Below, piece after piece: positions 11,771-25,520 of a stretch of DNA of 64,000 nucleotides. How positions within the stretch are numbered: position 1 is the first letter of the stretch; each line of letters opens with the position of its first letter. The notes below the pieces were generated by a model, which was not told the DNA's origin, made no database searches, and was given only the letters and a program-made list of their open reading frames with translations. The DNA is from Ptychomitrium polyphyllum (lineage: Eukaryota): the NCBI GenBank assembly GCA_973851085.1, contig OZ316776.1:9114001-9178000 (forward strand), written 5' to 3'. The position numbers and the translations under genes were made by a program.

Positions 11771-13830
11771 AAGTAATGTGAAACATGGCAATCTGGATTT
11801 TACTTTGCTTTATTAATACTCTTAAGTAGGAATGATGAGTTGTCTTTGAACTAGTAAGAGAGACAAATTGGTGGAGTTGGCATGCATAATGTTTGTTTGC
11901 ATTGAATAAGATTTTCAAGTATTGTCTAATGACCTCTTTCCCAGCATGCTGTCTTCATCATGGTGTCACGGAAACTACGGCTGCTACTTGGTTTCATTTC
12001 ATCACGGCTTCAAAGGACAAAATTGAGTTTATTTTGAAGCCGAAATTGTACTGGAGGAAAAAGTTTAAAATTTCTAAATGGAATACTGGATACTCTCATG
12101 TTAATCATCTAAAAAATTCTATACTTCCCTGGAACACACTTGTACTCTTTGCAATAACACTGTCGGTAACCAAGCTGCCCAACATAACATTTCATTAACA
12201 CCATTACAAGTCCCCAAACTTTCTACATTCCAAGAAACACCGTGTACACTTATATTCCAAAGTATTAACCGGACCCATTTTCGGGTGCATCCACAAACGT
12301 CAAAACATCAATGAAAAACATGCGATATTCACATGTAGTCTGGGCTCCAAAGGGTTAACACGCCCCTCCTATCAGAACTCTCAAAGCAACGACCATGCAT
12401 GCCCAGAGAGAAGGGCCCATCCCTACGTACTGTCTGATTCCACTCGGGTCACCTAAATCTGCTCTCGCTCAGGTCCAACATCTCCCTTACACATGTTCAA
12501 CTGCATTTATACTTCTACATCCACACCTATTAGTCTCAACACCATGCGTAGTTCAGCTCATCCAACTCCCGCAACAACTTCTGTCGCAATCATTATTGAC
12601 TTTCACGATTGGGAACCTCCCCCAGCCTCCCTGATGCTCTCACGAATGCACATCTCTTCACCAAACTTGACCCGTCCCTAAATCTTTGACAAACAAAAAT
12701 CCATCCAGCGATTCCATTCATACGATCTTGTCGATTGTACACACAATGGCATGCGCCAATTCATACTCATCATGTCCGCTCTAAACACTACAGCCTCTTG
12801 TAGAGAGATCTTCGTCTGCACCATACACCTTGGCCATACTCGAACATTTGCTTCACAGAGTGGCAACCCTATCACTGTAAGAAGAAACGACCACGAACGA
12901 AACAAACCTCCCACGCATTCTTGCTAACAAACGAGGCACTTGTCACAACACCATGCCAAGCAAGGTGGGCAAACACCTTCCACACAATATCAGCTACATG
13001 GGAAACCACATGGGCTCATTCGTCCCAACAAAAACAAAAAAAACAAAAAAATAAAAATTCCATCCGCTCCAAATCTTCAGAGGTAAAGAGATAGTACACC
13101 CCACTGTAGCAAGTGTGCTGGTGCAAGGATATCGGTGGTGATGGGGTCATTTTGTCACCCAAGCTCCTAAGATAATTCTCCGGCATAGTCAATCTACCCA
13201 ATTCACCACACAAACATTGAGTCACGACGCATTGCCCAAGACCTCACACCGGAGAAGAGACTACCGTCATCAAGGATTCTAAAATAATCGAGAATGAAGG
13301 AGGAGAAAAAACAGTGGAAAGAATGACATCGACTGTGCCAATTCAGCCATCAAACATGCCTCAATGGCGTTGTGTAACCCAGCCCAACCCCCAGCGCATC
13401 ACCCGAGCCCCTCATTCAAGGTCAAATATGTCAAATGCCTACCAAGTGCTGTACCTCAAACTGCACAGAAAAAGAAAAGAAAAATGTCAAAAAGGGGAAG
13501 CTCTTACTTGGCTCCCGCACCAATCTCAAATAAGTGTGTCTGTCTCTGCAAAACGTTGCCCCTGCATGCACATGCAGATGGCGAGCCACCGCAGTGTGAG
13601 AATCTATGTCAACCCAAGAGTTATACACCAAACCACCCAGCTGAACATCAAAATGACCCCCAGAGCTTGAGCTGTATTCATTGGCCACAGCATTTCTGCA
13701 GCACTTGGTTTCTTAGCCCTTGCAAGTGCATGTGTGTGTGGGGCCTCCTCACAGCAAAGCACTGATAAAGTTTCCACAAAAACTGAATCCTGCCTTCGCT
13801 AAAAGCTTCCTAAAACGTTCACTCGCTACC

Positions 13831-16337
13831 CTAGCCCTCAGCTCTCTTTCGTGGGGGTGCAATAGTGCGTACGTTCGCCACATTTGTGCCGACGTGACCT
13901 TGACTCTTCACCATTTCCACGAATTGCCCCAGGGTCTCGTGGAACTGCTCCAGTACCAGAGCTGGCAGAATGATAGCAGACCGATCCATTCCTGTCACCT
14001 GACAACAGTAGCATTGCCATCAACACAGTAGCATCAGCAGAGATACGCATGCACCTTAACAGAGACCAACTTCCTGGTGACAAGTGCACACCACCAGCTG
14101 GTTCACTGTCTACCTCCGCTTGTCTCAAGCAACACCACATGCTCACCCCCACCAACTGTCAAAACGGGTTGCCTTCCCTCAAATAACCAAGACTCTCAGG
14201 TGCACGACACCAGCTTCAGCTCGCAAGGCCTGATGTAAACCAGCACGTACTCTGACAGCGTCCAACACCCCTCTCGGACAACCAACCACACTCAACCGTG
14301 CCTCCTACGACAGTCATACAGCGTCCCAGCATTGCAAAACACCGCCAGAGCAACCGCCCCATCACGTGAGTTGGTCCGGCAGAATCACTAACTGGACTCA
14401 TCATTCAGTTCCCCACAGACACTGCCATACGGCTATCGACCTCACCTCTGAAATCCGAAGGTACTGCCCTCTCGCATTGCTGCCAAGGTCAAAGAAAAAC
14501 TTCTTTTGGTCCGCTCGGATGACACGCGCGGTGGCCAGCCCACCGCCCGATACAACATTCGACGTGCCAAGATTAGGGGAGTCCACTTCCGCCAGGGGGG
14601 CAGCGCTGGCTGATGTGGGTGGAGAGGAGCTGGTGGGAAGGTATCCTGTACCAACGCTGTCTGACATTGCCACCATGTGCTCCTGCGAACTCATCCCATG
14701 CTGCGCACGAGAATCACACCCAACTTCAGCACACGGACCTCACATACGGACAATCAGTCCAAAAATCGGGTCGTTCCGCACCTGCAGACACACCACCACT
14801 CTATTCCCCTCGTCCCCTCGCTCACGGTGGCACGACCCACGAAAGGGCACAATGTGGCACTAGTGGCGACTCACAAATCCTTGTAGGCGTGCTCCCCCAC
14901 CAGTAACGACGGTCCAGGCAAGACAATGAGACGGTGGTCAAAGACACCTATGGGCAGGTCCTCTAATGTACGGACAAGAATGTCAAAATAAAACTGGACT
15001 TCCACTCCCTCCACTTCCCAATCTTAGACAACATGGGCAAAACACAAAATAAATCACAAACTCCATGAAAATGGTTGGAGGGGACAAAGAGGGTAGCTGT
15101 AACAACCTGATGGGGCCCGGAGCTACCTGCCGGGGGCAATAGTAGCTGCGAGGCCTCGTGTATTTCCACCAGTATGTTTCGAAAGGATGCCCAACCATCG
15201 TCAGCAGCATTGCCAGCAGGCACGATGATAGTGCTGCGATTGCGAGTCACTGATGCCTCGGATACCTGCAGAACAGTCATTTTCGTTCACGGAGGTCTCC
15301 ACAGAGGAACAACCCCAGAATACTTCATGACCGACGAAGCAATTGCAAATCACCCGACCCAGGCCCAGGAAATGCATCCCTTGGCTCAACGAAATTAGGA
15401 ACCAACCCACTCGCCAACGGTTACCCTTACAGCCCATTCCTCACCAAGTCGTCATAAGGACGGCTCAACAAACGGGATCCCTCCGCAGTTGTTCTCATTC
15501 AACCTGACAGTGGCCAAACCGACAATCGCCCAAGCCCTAACCCTTCGTAAGCACTGTCGATTCCCGCATGCGGGGAACCATGACGGCATACCAGTAAGAA
15601 ACGAGTACCTTCAGAAAACGGCCCCTCTGGTTCTCCCCAACATCGAAGTAAAACACCTACATAAACCAATCGCCAAATCATTGTCAGCGCACACTACAAT
15701 CCAACGGGAGAGGCATCAGAAATCAAATTCTCACACGCGGCCAAAACAACGATCTCGAAAACGTGACACCGGACTTGAAAACCAGCAACCCAGCACCCTG
15801 GACAACCCGATACATGTCGCAACCTAAAACTGCAACAGCACCAACAACAAGGGGACGTCTGCGCTACTCAGTCATCGACCACGACCAGACTCGTGAACTC
15901 GTCCCTTTGCGTACGAATGCCGACGCAGGATTCGATGGCATCAATACTGAACGCCTTAAGCATGGACGTATTTCATGAGCACATTCCTCGCATGTCTGAC
16001 CGGTTGGGGTTGAGTTAGGTCACAGTTCCAGCCCTTAGGTCACGGAAAATGAGTCCGCAAACAATCAGGGAGCAATCAATGACGATACCTTGGTGTCCAG
16101 CTGCAGCTCCTTGCTCGACAGCTCCTCCTCTCCATTCGCGTAGTAGTTGAACAGGTCCACAAACCAAACTATGCCCGCAACGGGGACAATTATGGTGGAC
16201 CGAGACCCGGACGTCTTCTCAGAAATCTTCAAGTACCTGCCACGCGGGTTCTCCTTCAAATCGAAGTAAAACAGCTTGTGCTCCACCTGCAGCGTCTTGC
16301 ACACCAGCTCGGCATCCCCTCCCGGTGCACCTTCCAT
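13831..16337 (-). CDS. PURA1: PUR-alpha single-stranded nucleic-acid-binding protein, 5 exons, ~292 aa
   Basis: Exons 16337-16089, 15656-15609, 15265-15107, 14700-14446 and 13998-13831, all phase 0, 879 nt. Three PUR repeats: KTLQVEHKLFYFDLKENPRGRYLKISE, KELQLDTKVFYFDVGENQRGRFLKVSE, RVIRADQKKFFFDLGSNARGQYLRISE. Confidence 0.95.
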
Positions 16338-19300
16338 TGGAACGAAATAAAAACTCACCACGGCCTCTCAGCACGCTCGACAACCCAACCAACTCGAGCC
16401 GATCCAATGCGGATGCCTCACCGACTGTATATCCACCCTCCCGGGCTCAGGCACGGAGCAAACCAAGCACGCTTCCAGTCATCTGATGTAATGCGACTTC
16501 GCTCATGTCAATCTATTGGCCAACGTTTGTCTAGGATTCCCGAGTAGCCATGCTGCACTCGCCTCAACGTGGCGGACGCCCCTGCCTCCACTGGCTAGAT
16601 CAGTGAAGGTACCCTCAATCGATACCTCGAGATGGAAACAACCAGAAACCCCGCCCACTCCCGTCCGCAACCTCCCGAAGTGCCTACACACGAACTCCGC
16701 AAGAGCAATTCGAACTACCACCCGCCGCTCTGTACCCCGCCTGTTGGTTCCGCGAAAATGCTCCGGCACCAAATTCACGCTAGAAATCCTAAAAGCCCAT
16801 TGTCTCCCTGGCACCCACTCTCATCCGCCCGCCGCACACACAACTCGTGCAACGAATCCCCCCCTAGAACCGATCGCTGCGTCCCCCCAGCAGCGACAAT
16901 CCCCACGAGTAAAACCCTAGCTCCGCACCACGCTACCCACTCGCCCTCGCGTCAGCTCGCCGGAAGAGGGCGCCTCCCAGAGAAACACACCACACGAGAC
17001 CACGACGTGCACAGCTCCACACAGTAATGCCGCCTGCAATTCCGCCCCCGCAAGCTCCAGCCCCCTCGCAAAATTCTCCCCCGGCCACCAAAACCCTCGC
17101 CGCCCCGGCCGCGCCGCTCACTCCCGCGAGCAATAGCGCCACAGCGAGGCCAGCACTCCCGCCCGAGCCACCACGCACCGCCGTGCAAACGGACAGCCAC
17201 GGCACCTCCGACGCGCGACCCCGCGTCCCCTGTTCCGCACCAGCCTTATCCGACAGCCGGACCACCGCTCCCCCGGAACGAAGCGGAACGCCCCGCCCAC
17301 TGCCCGCGCACAATCCCAGCTCTCACCACTCGCCCGCCCCCATCACCCTGCGGCCGCGGCTGCGCAATTACGCCACGCGACGCCGAAGCGCAGCGCATCA
17401 ACCACGACCAACCCTCGCGCCCGCCCGCTCCCCCGCCCGCACGAGGACCGTGCACCGCAACCCCAAAGGCCGCAACCCGGAGAGTGACGGTTCCCCCGTG
17501 GTGAGCTCACGCGGCCACTGAGCCCCGCCACTGATGGCCACCGCCGCAGATGCCGAGGCCAGCGTCTAGACCCTAGGAAGCTGGGAGTCGTCGCCAGCGA
17601 AGAGGTTGCCAAGAAGTTCTGAAGTCCCCGGCAGGATTCGGGGAGCCACGCGGCCACATCAAGAGTGGTATTCATTCTTGGGCACTACGTTGTCGTCAGA
17701 CCTGCGCTGGTGACGGATTCGTGGTGTCGTGCTTTGCGTTCGCGTACTGAGTGATTCTTCCCATCTTTGATCAATGTGCCTTTCTGGCGCCTTTGCTTTT
17801 TAGTTCTTTTTTCTAGTCTCAGTTGTGCCTGCTTTGCTTTTCTGTCGTCTAGCTGGTAGGGTGTCAAGTCCTAAGGTTTTTTTGGTTTACTTCGGCTTTT
17901 TTCCCCTTTGTTTCTTCGCTGATGCACTCGAGAGGTTTGGGAGGGAGAGTGATCTGTTGGGGACCTTCGTGGATGGAAGTGTCGGATCTCGTCTTCCATT
18001 TTCATTCCGGTTTTACTCTGGGTCATGGTTAATTGTTCCCTATTAATTTCTAGCGTCTCAATCTTACCCCCTCGTTGGAAGTGAGTCCATGATGCCTTTT
18101 ACGTTATGAAACTCTTTGGGAATGGATAGTACTATTTGGAAGGATGTGATTGCTACAAGAAACCTACAATATTATTGGGAATCTTTTTTTAATAATTTAT
18201 TTTTAAGTGTATATTTGCAAGTATTATAAATTAAAGTAGTTTCCTACATTATTAAAGTTAAATAATGTAAAAGAAGAAATTGATCTCGTAAGTAACATAT
18301 CATATACAAGCACAATAAAGTGAAATCTAATTTGTGATAAATATAGATTCTACTTTAATCTATATAGTGTCATAAAAATGGTTAACAAGTAAATCATAAA
18401 AAAATTCATTACGATGAGTTGTAATTATATAAGAATTTATAATATATAGAAAAGTATGCAAGTACAATAAGAAATAAATGGAACATTTTTTTATTTTTAT
18501 CACAAAAACATCTTTATGATAGTAAATAAAAATTGCATGCCATTACATTAGTAAAGAAATTTTAAAGAACTTCAAAAATGTTTATTTATCATTCTAAAAT
18601 TCAAATTTTATTGAAAATTCAAAATATATTGGTTTTTATCTATAAAAGTTATATACATCTTAGATAAATAATTAACATTATCACAATATCAATATAAAAA
18701 ATTATGGCTTTTTTTTTAATTTGTGTGTGTTTCTTTTTGCTTTTTAATTATTTTGAATAAAGATATGTATTTGACATAATTCTTTTTGAGATGTTAAAGC
18801 TTTCAAAATGCAATTTAATTTCATTTGAAATTGTGTTTATTATAAGTATGTGGTACATTGTAAATTATATTTTTTACCTAACTTCAATTGATTTTTTTTC
18901 ATTTATTATTATGATGTAAATTTTAAAAATGGAAGTGAGTCAAAATTGTACTTAATTTCATATATTACTTTAAAGAATATACAATTAGCATTTCATGCCT
19001 ATTTTGTGTTTATGTTCACATCGAAACTTTGTAACTTAAAGTCAACGTATATTATTGGATATGTATATATGCATTTTATTTTCATTACCACTATAAAAAC
19101 ATTATTGATATAAGAATTATAGGAAATAACAAAAATGCTTCTGGCTTTTGAAGTCATATTATAAAATCTTAGAATAATCTAAATTAAATCATCATATTTC
19201 CATTCAATAAAATTTATCTTTGTAAAAAATTAGATACCCTATTTTTATTTAATAATTATGATTTATAATAATATTATGTTTTGACATTTTTTACAATGTT

Positions 19301-20044
19301 GAATGGAGTCCATCGCTTTAATTTGTTTTGAAAAAAATATGATTTTAAGTACATATTTTTTGAAATAAATATTATTTTGATTAAGCAAAAAAAATCTATT
19401 TAAAAAGAAAATGAATTTCATAGATTAAAACCTTTTGATAATGTTGGCGTGTAATTTAGATTTCAATAAACAAGAAATTCAATACTGTAATTGTTTTTAA
19501 ATTTGTTATAAAAAAAACCAACTAAGACTTCATAATAATAAATCTTTAAATACTACCCTTATTTAATTAGTGAAGCTTGCTAAAATCTAAGATTACAACT
19601 TTGTGTAATTGAAGATGAATACTATATCAATGTTTTGATGATCAACCACATCTATGAATGGTTTCAACTTCCAACAATTCAAAGGATAAAAAGATCCTAC
19701 TTAATTTTATTTTCTTTTAAAAGACTAAAACATAGGTGTTAATTTAACCATAATTCCTCATAAAATAGTCTATTATCCTTGAGATTTTGATGCAAGCTTT
19801 TTGAGGCACTTAATATATTATGTGTAGTACATGGTTGCTAGATATGTAGTATATTTTAAAATCCATGGCTTCAAACTTGAGACTCTCCACTGCCACAATT
19901 TTTTTGACCCCTATCACTTTAGCACTTCATAACTTCCTTTCAAACACAACCAAGGACTTCAAATTTCACACACAATTTATGTATTTAACAAAAAACACGT
20001 CTTCAAAATATGGCACCTAAATTCTTATCAAGTTTCCTCAAAGG

Positions 20045-20400
20045 TGTTACAAATAGAATAATAACAAGATAAGGCTTCAAAGTTTTAGAATGAAAAACAA
20101 GATATGCCCAAGGTATATTAGAAATAAAGAGCTATAACAAGGTGCAAAGATATAATTAGAAGGTTTGAGCTAGACCACAAGAGATGCATTGTTGACACTA
20201 AAGATTCCTTCAACTTTGATTCGTATATATTAAGACTACAAGCCTTGGAAGCTTTTTGAGAAGCTTTTATTATATTGCTTTGTACTCAAGCAACCTCAAG
20301 TTGCTTCCTTGAAAGCTTTTTAAATCAAGGTAACTTCTTTAGAGGCTTCCTAAACCTCTAAGAACCTTTCTGGATACTTCTAATCTGTATGTTCGTGACA
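20045..20400 (-). repeat. 3' LTR of the Tcn1-like element (356 bp)
   Basis: tgttac...gttcgtgaca, aligns with 35232-35516. A purine-rich tract (AAAAAGGCAAGTGA) precedes it on the minus strand. Confidence 0.8.
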
Positions 20401-21412
20401 TCACTTGCCTTTTTAGCTCCAAGGTCTTCTAGGAGCATATTACAACAAGTGCTTAGAGTTGTAAGACATCAAAAATTTATTGCATGGTATCCGCAACATA
20501 TTCCAATTGCTTTCACAATTCAAATGGTTCATAGGTCTTTGTAACCATCAATAGTATCTAATGCCTTCTACTTGGAACCAAGCATGAACTTTTGTATCTT
20601 TGTTGTGAAGGCGTCCTTCAAACACTTTTTTAAGATAACTTTTATAAGTTGGTTCCACTTCAAAGACAATCACCAACAATCTATTGCTAAGTATCCTTTG
20701 ATGTTTTTTTTGTTTCAATTTGTTCTTTGTCATGAGGTTGTTGATAAGAGCTATTTGATTGAATTCACACCACTGGCATGGTAATTGCATCTTGATTGTC
20801 CATATCTAATATACTGAGTTACTATCAAGGAGCTATGATAAACTTCAAAATACAAACAAGTAATTTATAAATCATATCTAGGGCTTTGGAAACTTATAAT
20901 TTGGAAATTGCTTTCTTTCCTATTTAAAAATTCAAGCATCCAGTGCCTTCAAGATTACGCAACCTTATCAAGCCATTATTCCTTGTGCTACTACTTTTGG
21001 TTTGGATGGATGTTGTCAATGGAACTTACAAATTTTTACTAGTAAATTGGCAAGATTGTTACTTAGCTCCCATGTATGTTCATTGATGTTATATCTGTGC
21101 CAATGTACCAAGTATTCCAGCTTTCTATATCTTATCTGTGAGTTAAGCACATCTTCTACTTCAAATTCATAATGATCATTGATTTTGACTACAGGTAGTG
21201 GCAACTGCCTTTGTCTAAGGATACTTGATTCTTTATAAGTTTCCAAAAGTGAAATGTAGAAGACTGGATGTTTCTTCATTAATATTAATAGTTCTAAACG
21301 ATATGCCACGTAGTTGACTTCTTTTTTTATTGCAAATGGTTCCAATTTGCAATAGTCCAGCTTATTACATGACCTACTAGTCTTTATATTGCGTCAAAAG
21401 AGCCACACCTTC

Positions 21413-22525
21413 TGTCGCAACCCTCGTAATGCACCTAAACAAATGTCACGCGTGTCAACTCTGTACACCCCCACATGCACATGGTTAACCCCCATTTTCA
21501 CTCTCCAAGTCTCCCTACCATTTCTCTTAGGACACCCAAATGATTGGTAGCTAATGGTTAGGTGCGAACTTCTGTTCATGTCCAAGGCCTTGCTTGGTGT
21601 TACTCCCATTCCACACGGCCTAACCGCACTTCGTAGTGTCTCCTCACCACCACTCATGATCTCCATGTGATCATAACATCACCCCGGGCCATCATGGTGC
21701 CGATGTAAAGATACCACCCCAACTTAGTGGTAACAAGCGTGCCCTTGTTATCTCACTAGTTCCCTCCGTGAAACCGACCATCTTCCGGCTCACAATGGTG
21801 TGGGAGTCCTCGTGGTGAAGCTCCAACACTAGCTCCACCAACCGGGACTCACACTTGGTCTCTATCGGGATACTAGGGGAGTGGAGAGGGGAACCAGCCT
21901 TCCCCTATAGTACTCTTTGTGGGATTTGGCAGGCCCCCTGGCCCTTTGTAGCTGGTTGAATCCCGACACATCCAAACTTTTGGAAGACCACCCGATCTTC
22001 CATAGAACTTAGCCGTTGGAAGGCTACGGGACTTCCTGCGGATCTTTAGGGAGCCATATCTTCCACGTTTGGTATCCAAATCAATCAAGCAACCATTCTA
22101 TCGTCATTTACTCTTTGCATAGATGTCGATAGACTCCTCATACGTCCAATTTGACTTATTATTCTGGGAGATATGCCTCTCTCAAGGTTTAGAAATCCTA
22201 GTGAATCCCTCCCTGGACTGCCTCAGTCCAGAACAGCTTCTTGGCGACCCCAACTTTGAGATGCCATATCTTTGAGCTCCCTTGTCTGATTTAGGCAATC
22301 TTTAGCATTCTAGAATCAACTCTTTGTGAGTCCTCCAATGCCCATGATTTCTCCGTCGTGGCCCTTGGTCTACATGGGCAAGGATATATCTCCCCATCGG
22401 AATCCTTTCCACACTAGGCTCACTCGGTTCCCCTCACTATCGGCGCCACAAATTCCGGACGTCACTCCGGGGTCCTCCTTCTGCCCTTAGTGTTGCGGAC
22501 ACTCCTTAAGAAGAGGTGCGCAACA
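21413..22525 (-). mobile_element. Solo LTR (~1.1-kb family), TSD CCTTC
   Basis: tgtcgcaacc...tgcgcaaca flanked by ccttc (21408-21412, 22526-22530). Removing it restores KVGEKVWL of the host pol. Confidence 0.92.
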
Positions 22526-24027
22526 CCTTCTCACCAACTTTGAATAGAGGTTGTTCCTTTCTTGTTGTATTTGTTGCCGTTTTGTATTATTCTCAAGCTT
22601 CTTCTAATTGAATCTTCATGGTTGTTTGAAGCTTTGTCATTCTTGTAGCAAATTCCTTTGCTGCTAGATCCTGAAGTCATGAAAGCTATAATATATCCAC
22701 CTTTGGAGGATGTCTATACTTGGAGTAGAATGGCGTTTGTTGAGTGGAAGCGTAAGCGGTGTTGTTATAGGCAAACTCAGCCAATGTCAAGTAGGAAGTC
22801 CAATCACCTTGTTGATAGTTGATGGTACACCTTAAATATTGCTCTAAGATCTGGTTGACTCGCTTTGTTTGGCCAGTGATCTAAAGATGGAAGGCGGAAG
22901 AAAGTTTATGTCCACTTTAAGAATATCAAAGAGCGGCTTTCACAATCTCGATACAAATTACGGTCCACAATCTAATATAATATCGTCGGGTAGTCTATGG
23001 TAGCGGTAGACATTAAGCGGTCTACTACAACAAAGATGATATTAAAAGAATTTGATAGTGGAAGATCTGTAATGAAATCCATGGAAACAAACAACCGGTT
23101 GCTTTGGAATAGGATGTGGTTGAAAAAATCCATAGAAGCGATGTCAAGGATTCTTTGACCGAGAGCAAGTATCACACAAGAATACAAATTCTTTAATGGC
23201 CTTCAACATTTGAGGCCACCAAAAGTCTTTCGAGAGGAGTTCCAAGGTTTTGTTGAATCCAAAATATTTAATCGTAGGAAAATCATGACATGTTTGAAAT
23301 ACACAAAGCAAATTGATCCTCCAGGAATATATAGACGTTTTTTAGAGTAAAAAAGGTTGTCTTCAAATTTGAACTTAGACACAACTTTAGAAAGGTTGTT
23401 GGAACAACGCTTGATTTTAAAAACAAAAAGGCCCTTGGTAGATGCCATACAAACTTGGCCAAGGAACAATGAATCTACTAGAGTTAAAATGGTGGTTGTA
23501 TGTTGGTAAGTCTAAAAGGCATGACATTGGATTCAAAATGTCCATACCTTGTTCAAAAAGTTGTTTTCCATTTTAATGTACATCAAATTATAGGTTCCTT
23601 GCAGATCTATTTTGGTATAGATCTTTGCTTGACTAAATTGATCAAGAAGTTGAGATATGAGCAGCAATGAATACTAGTTCTTCACAGTCATTTTGTTGAG
23701 GCCGTAGTAATTAACACACATTTGTAAATATCCATCTTTCTTCTTCACAAAAAGTATCAAAGCACTAGTAAGAGACTTTGAATGTTCAATGAAATTCTTG
23801 GCTAAGTTTTCATCAATATACTCCTTTAATGATGAAAGATCGTTTTGAAATAAATTTTAGATAGATCCAAATGGTGACTGGGCACCGTCTTAGAAACCTA
23901 TGACACAGTTGTAAGGACGATGTTTTAGTAGGGTATCTGCATTCTTCTTTTTGAACACATTGTTGAACTCCTTATACTTTTCTAGAAATGATTAAGGATA
24001 AAATCACAACTTTGGATGTTGGAGTTG

Positions 24028-25191
24028 TGTTGCGCACCTCTCTTTCAAGAGTGCCTGCAACATTAAGGACACAAGTGGGACCCCGGAGTGACGTCCGAAA
24101 CTTGTGGCACCAATAGTGAAGTGGTCCGAGTAGGCCTAGTGTGGGAAGGATCCCGAGAGGGAGAAACATCCTTGCTTATGTAAACTGAGGGCCACAAAGG
24201 AGAAATTGTAGGCATTAGAGTATTCACAACGAGTTGATTCTAGAACGCTAAAGATTGCTCAAATATGACAAGGAAGCTAAAAGATATGGCATCCCAAAGT
24301 TGGAGCTACTAAGAAGCTGTTCTAGACTGTAGCAGCCCTAGACAGTGACTATATTGGACTGGGACAGTGCAGGGAGGGACTCCCCAGGTGCCTTAAACCT
24401 TAGAAGAGGCATATCTTCCAAAATACTAAGTCAAATCAGACGTTTGAAGAATTTATCGGCATTTACGCAAAAAGTAGATGACAATGGAGTGGTTGCTGGA
24501 TAGATTCGGACGCCAAATATGGAAGATATGGCTCCCCAAAGGTCCGCAAGAAGTCCCGTAGGCTTCCAATGGCTAAGTCCCATAGAAGATCGGGTGGTCT
24601 TCCAAAGTTTTTGGTGTGTCGGAGTTTAGCCAACTACAGAGGGCCAAGGGGCCTGCCGAATCCCATAGAGAGTACTATAGGGGAGAGCTGTTCCCCTTCC
24701 CACTCCCCTAATATCCCGGTAGGAACCAAGGGTGAGTCTCAATTAGTGGAGCTAGTGTTTGGGCTTTACCATGGGGACTCCCACACTGTTTTGAGCTGGT
24801 GGATGACCGGTTTCACAAAAGGAAGTAGTAAGATCAAAAGGGCACGCTTATTACCACTAAGTTGGGGTGGTGTCTTCACACCGGCACTGAAATGGCCCGA
24901 GGTGGTCTTAGGATCACATGGAAATTATGTGTAGTGGTGAGGAGACACAGGTAAGTGCAGTTAGGCCATGTGGAATGGGAGTAACACCAAGTGAGGCCTT
25001 GGACATGAATGGAAGTCCGCATCTAACCATTGGCTACCAATCAATTGAGTATCTTAAGAGAAATAATAGGGGAAATTGGAAACCAAGTCTGGGATTTGGA
25101 GAGTGAAAATGGGGGTTAACTATGTGGATGTGGAAGTGTACAGGGTTAACGCACATGACATTAGTTAAGGTGCATTACAAAGGTTGCGACA
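24028..25191 (+). mobile_element. Solo LTR (~1.1-kb family), inverted relative to 21413-22525, TSD AGTTG/AATTG
   Basis: Reverse-complement copy tgttgcgcac...ttgcgaca. The 5-bp flanks differ by one G>A change. Confidence 0.88.
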
Positions 25192-25520
25192 AATTGCTTA
25201 CATAGCAAAATAAACCAATTTTTATTGCTCTTATAAATGCTTGTTCTAATAAAGACAGGCTTTATAGTCTTAGATTTATAAGATGCTTTAGCTTCCTCTG
25301 TAGGCTTAATAGTTATAGATTCTAATGATGGAAATTCTATTTTGTGGGATGCCCAATCTATCTGCGGGTTGTATTTTTTCAAATAAAAAAGCCTTAGAAT
25401 GATGGAATTTTACAAAGACTTAATGACATTAAATATTACTTAGCTACTATGACTGTTTAATGTTATTATTAATGGATTGGTCTCATAAATAACATCTCCA
25501 AAAGATAATGGTCAACCATC

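Noticed and set aside
14740..14950. Extra PUR-alpha micro-exons
   Set aside because: Candidate combinations introduce a stop or need implausibly short introns, and the flanking exons already join in frame.
16503..17675. Multiple overlapping Pro/Ala/Arg-rich ORFs
   Set aside because: Expected by-product of the GC-rich PUR-alpha promoter, 5'UTR and intron. No motifs.
19825..19895. tRNA or SINE-like fragment with a B-box-like GGCTTCAAAC
   Set aside because: No supportable cloverleaf or A box.
19000..20044. Continuation (RNase H/integrase) of the MTase element left of the Tcn1-like element
   Set aside because: No recognisable motifs in the part I translated (~19500-20044). The 35516 junction looks like a deletion truncating both elements.
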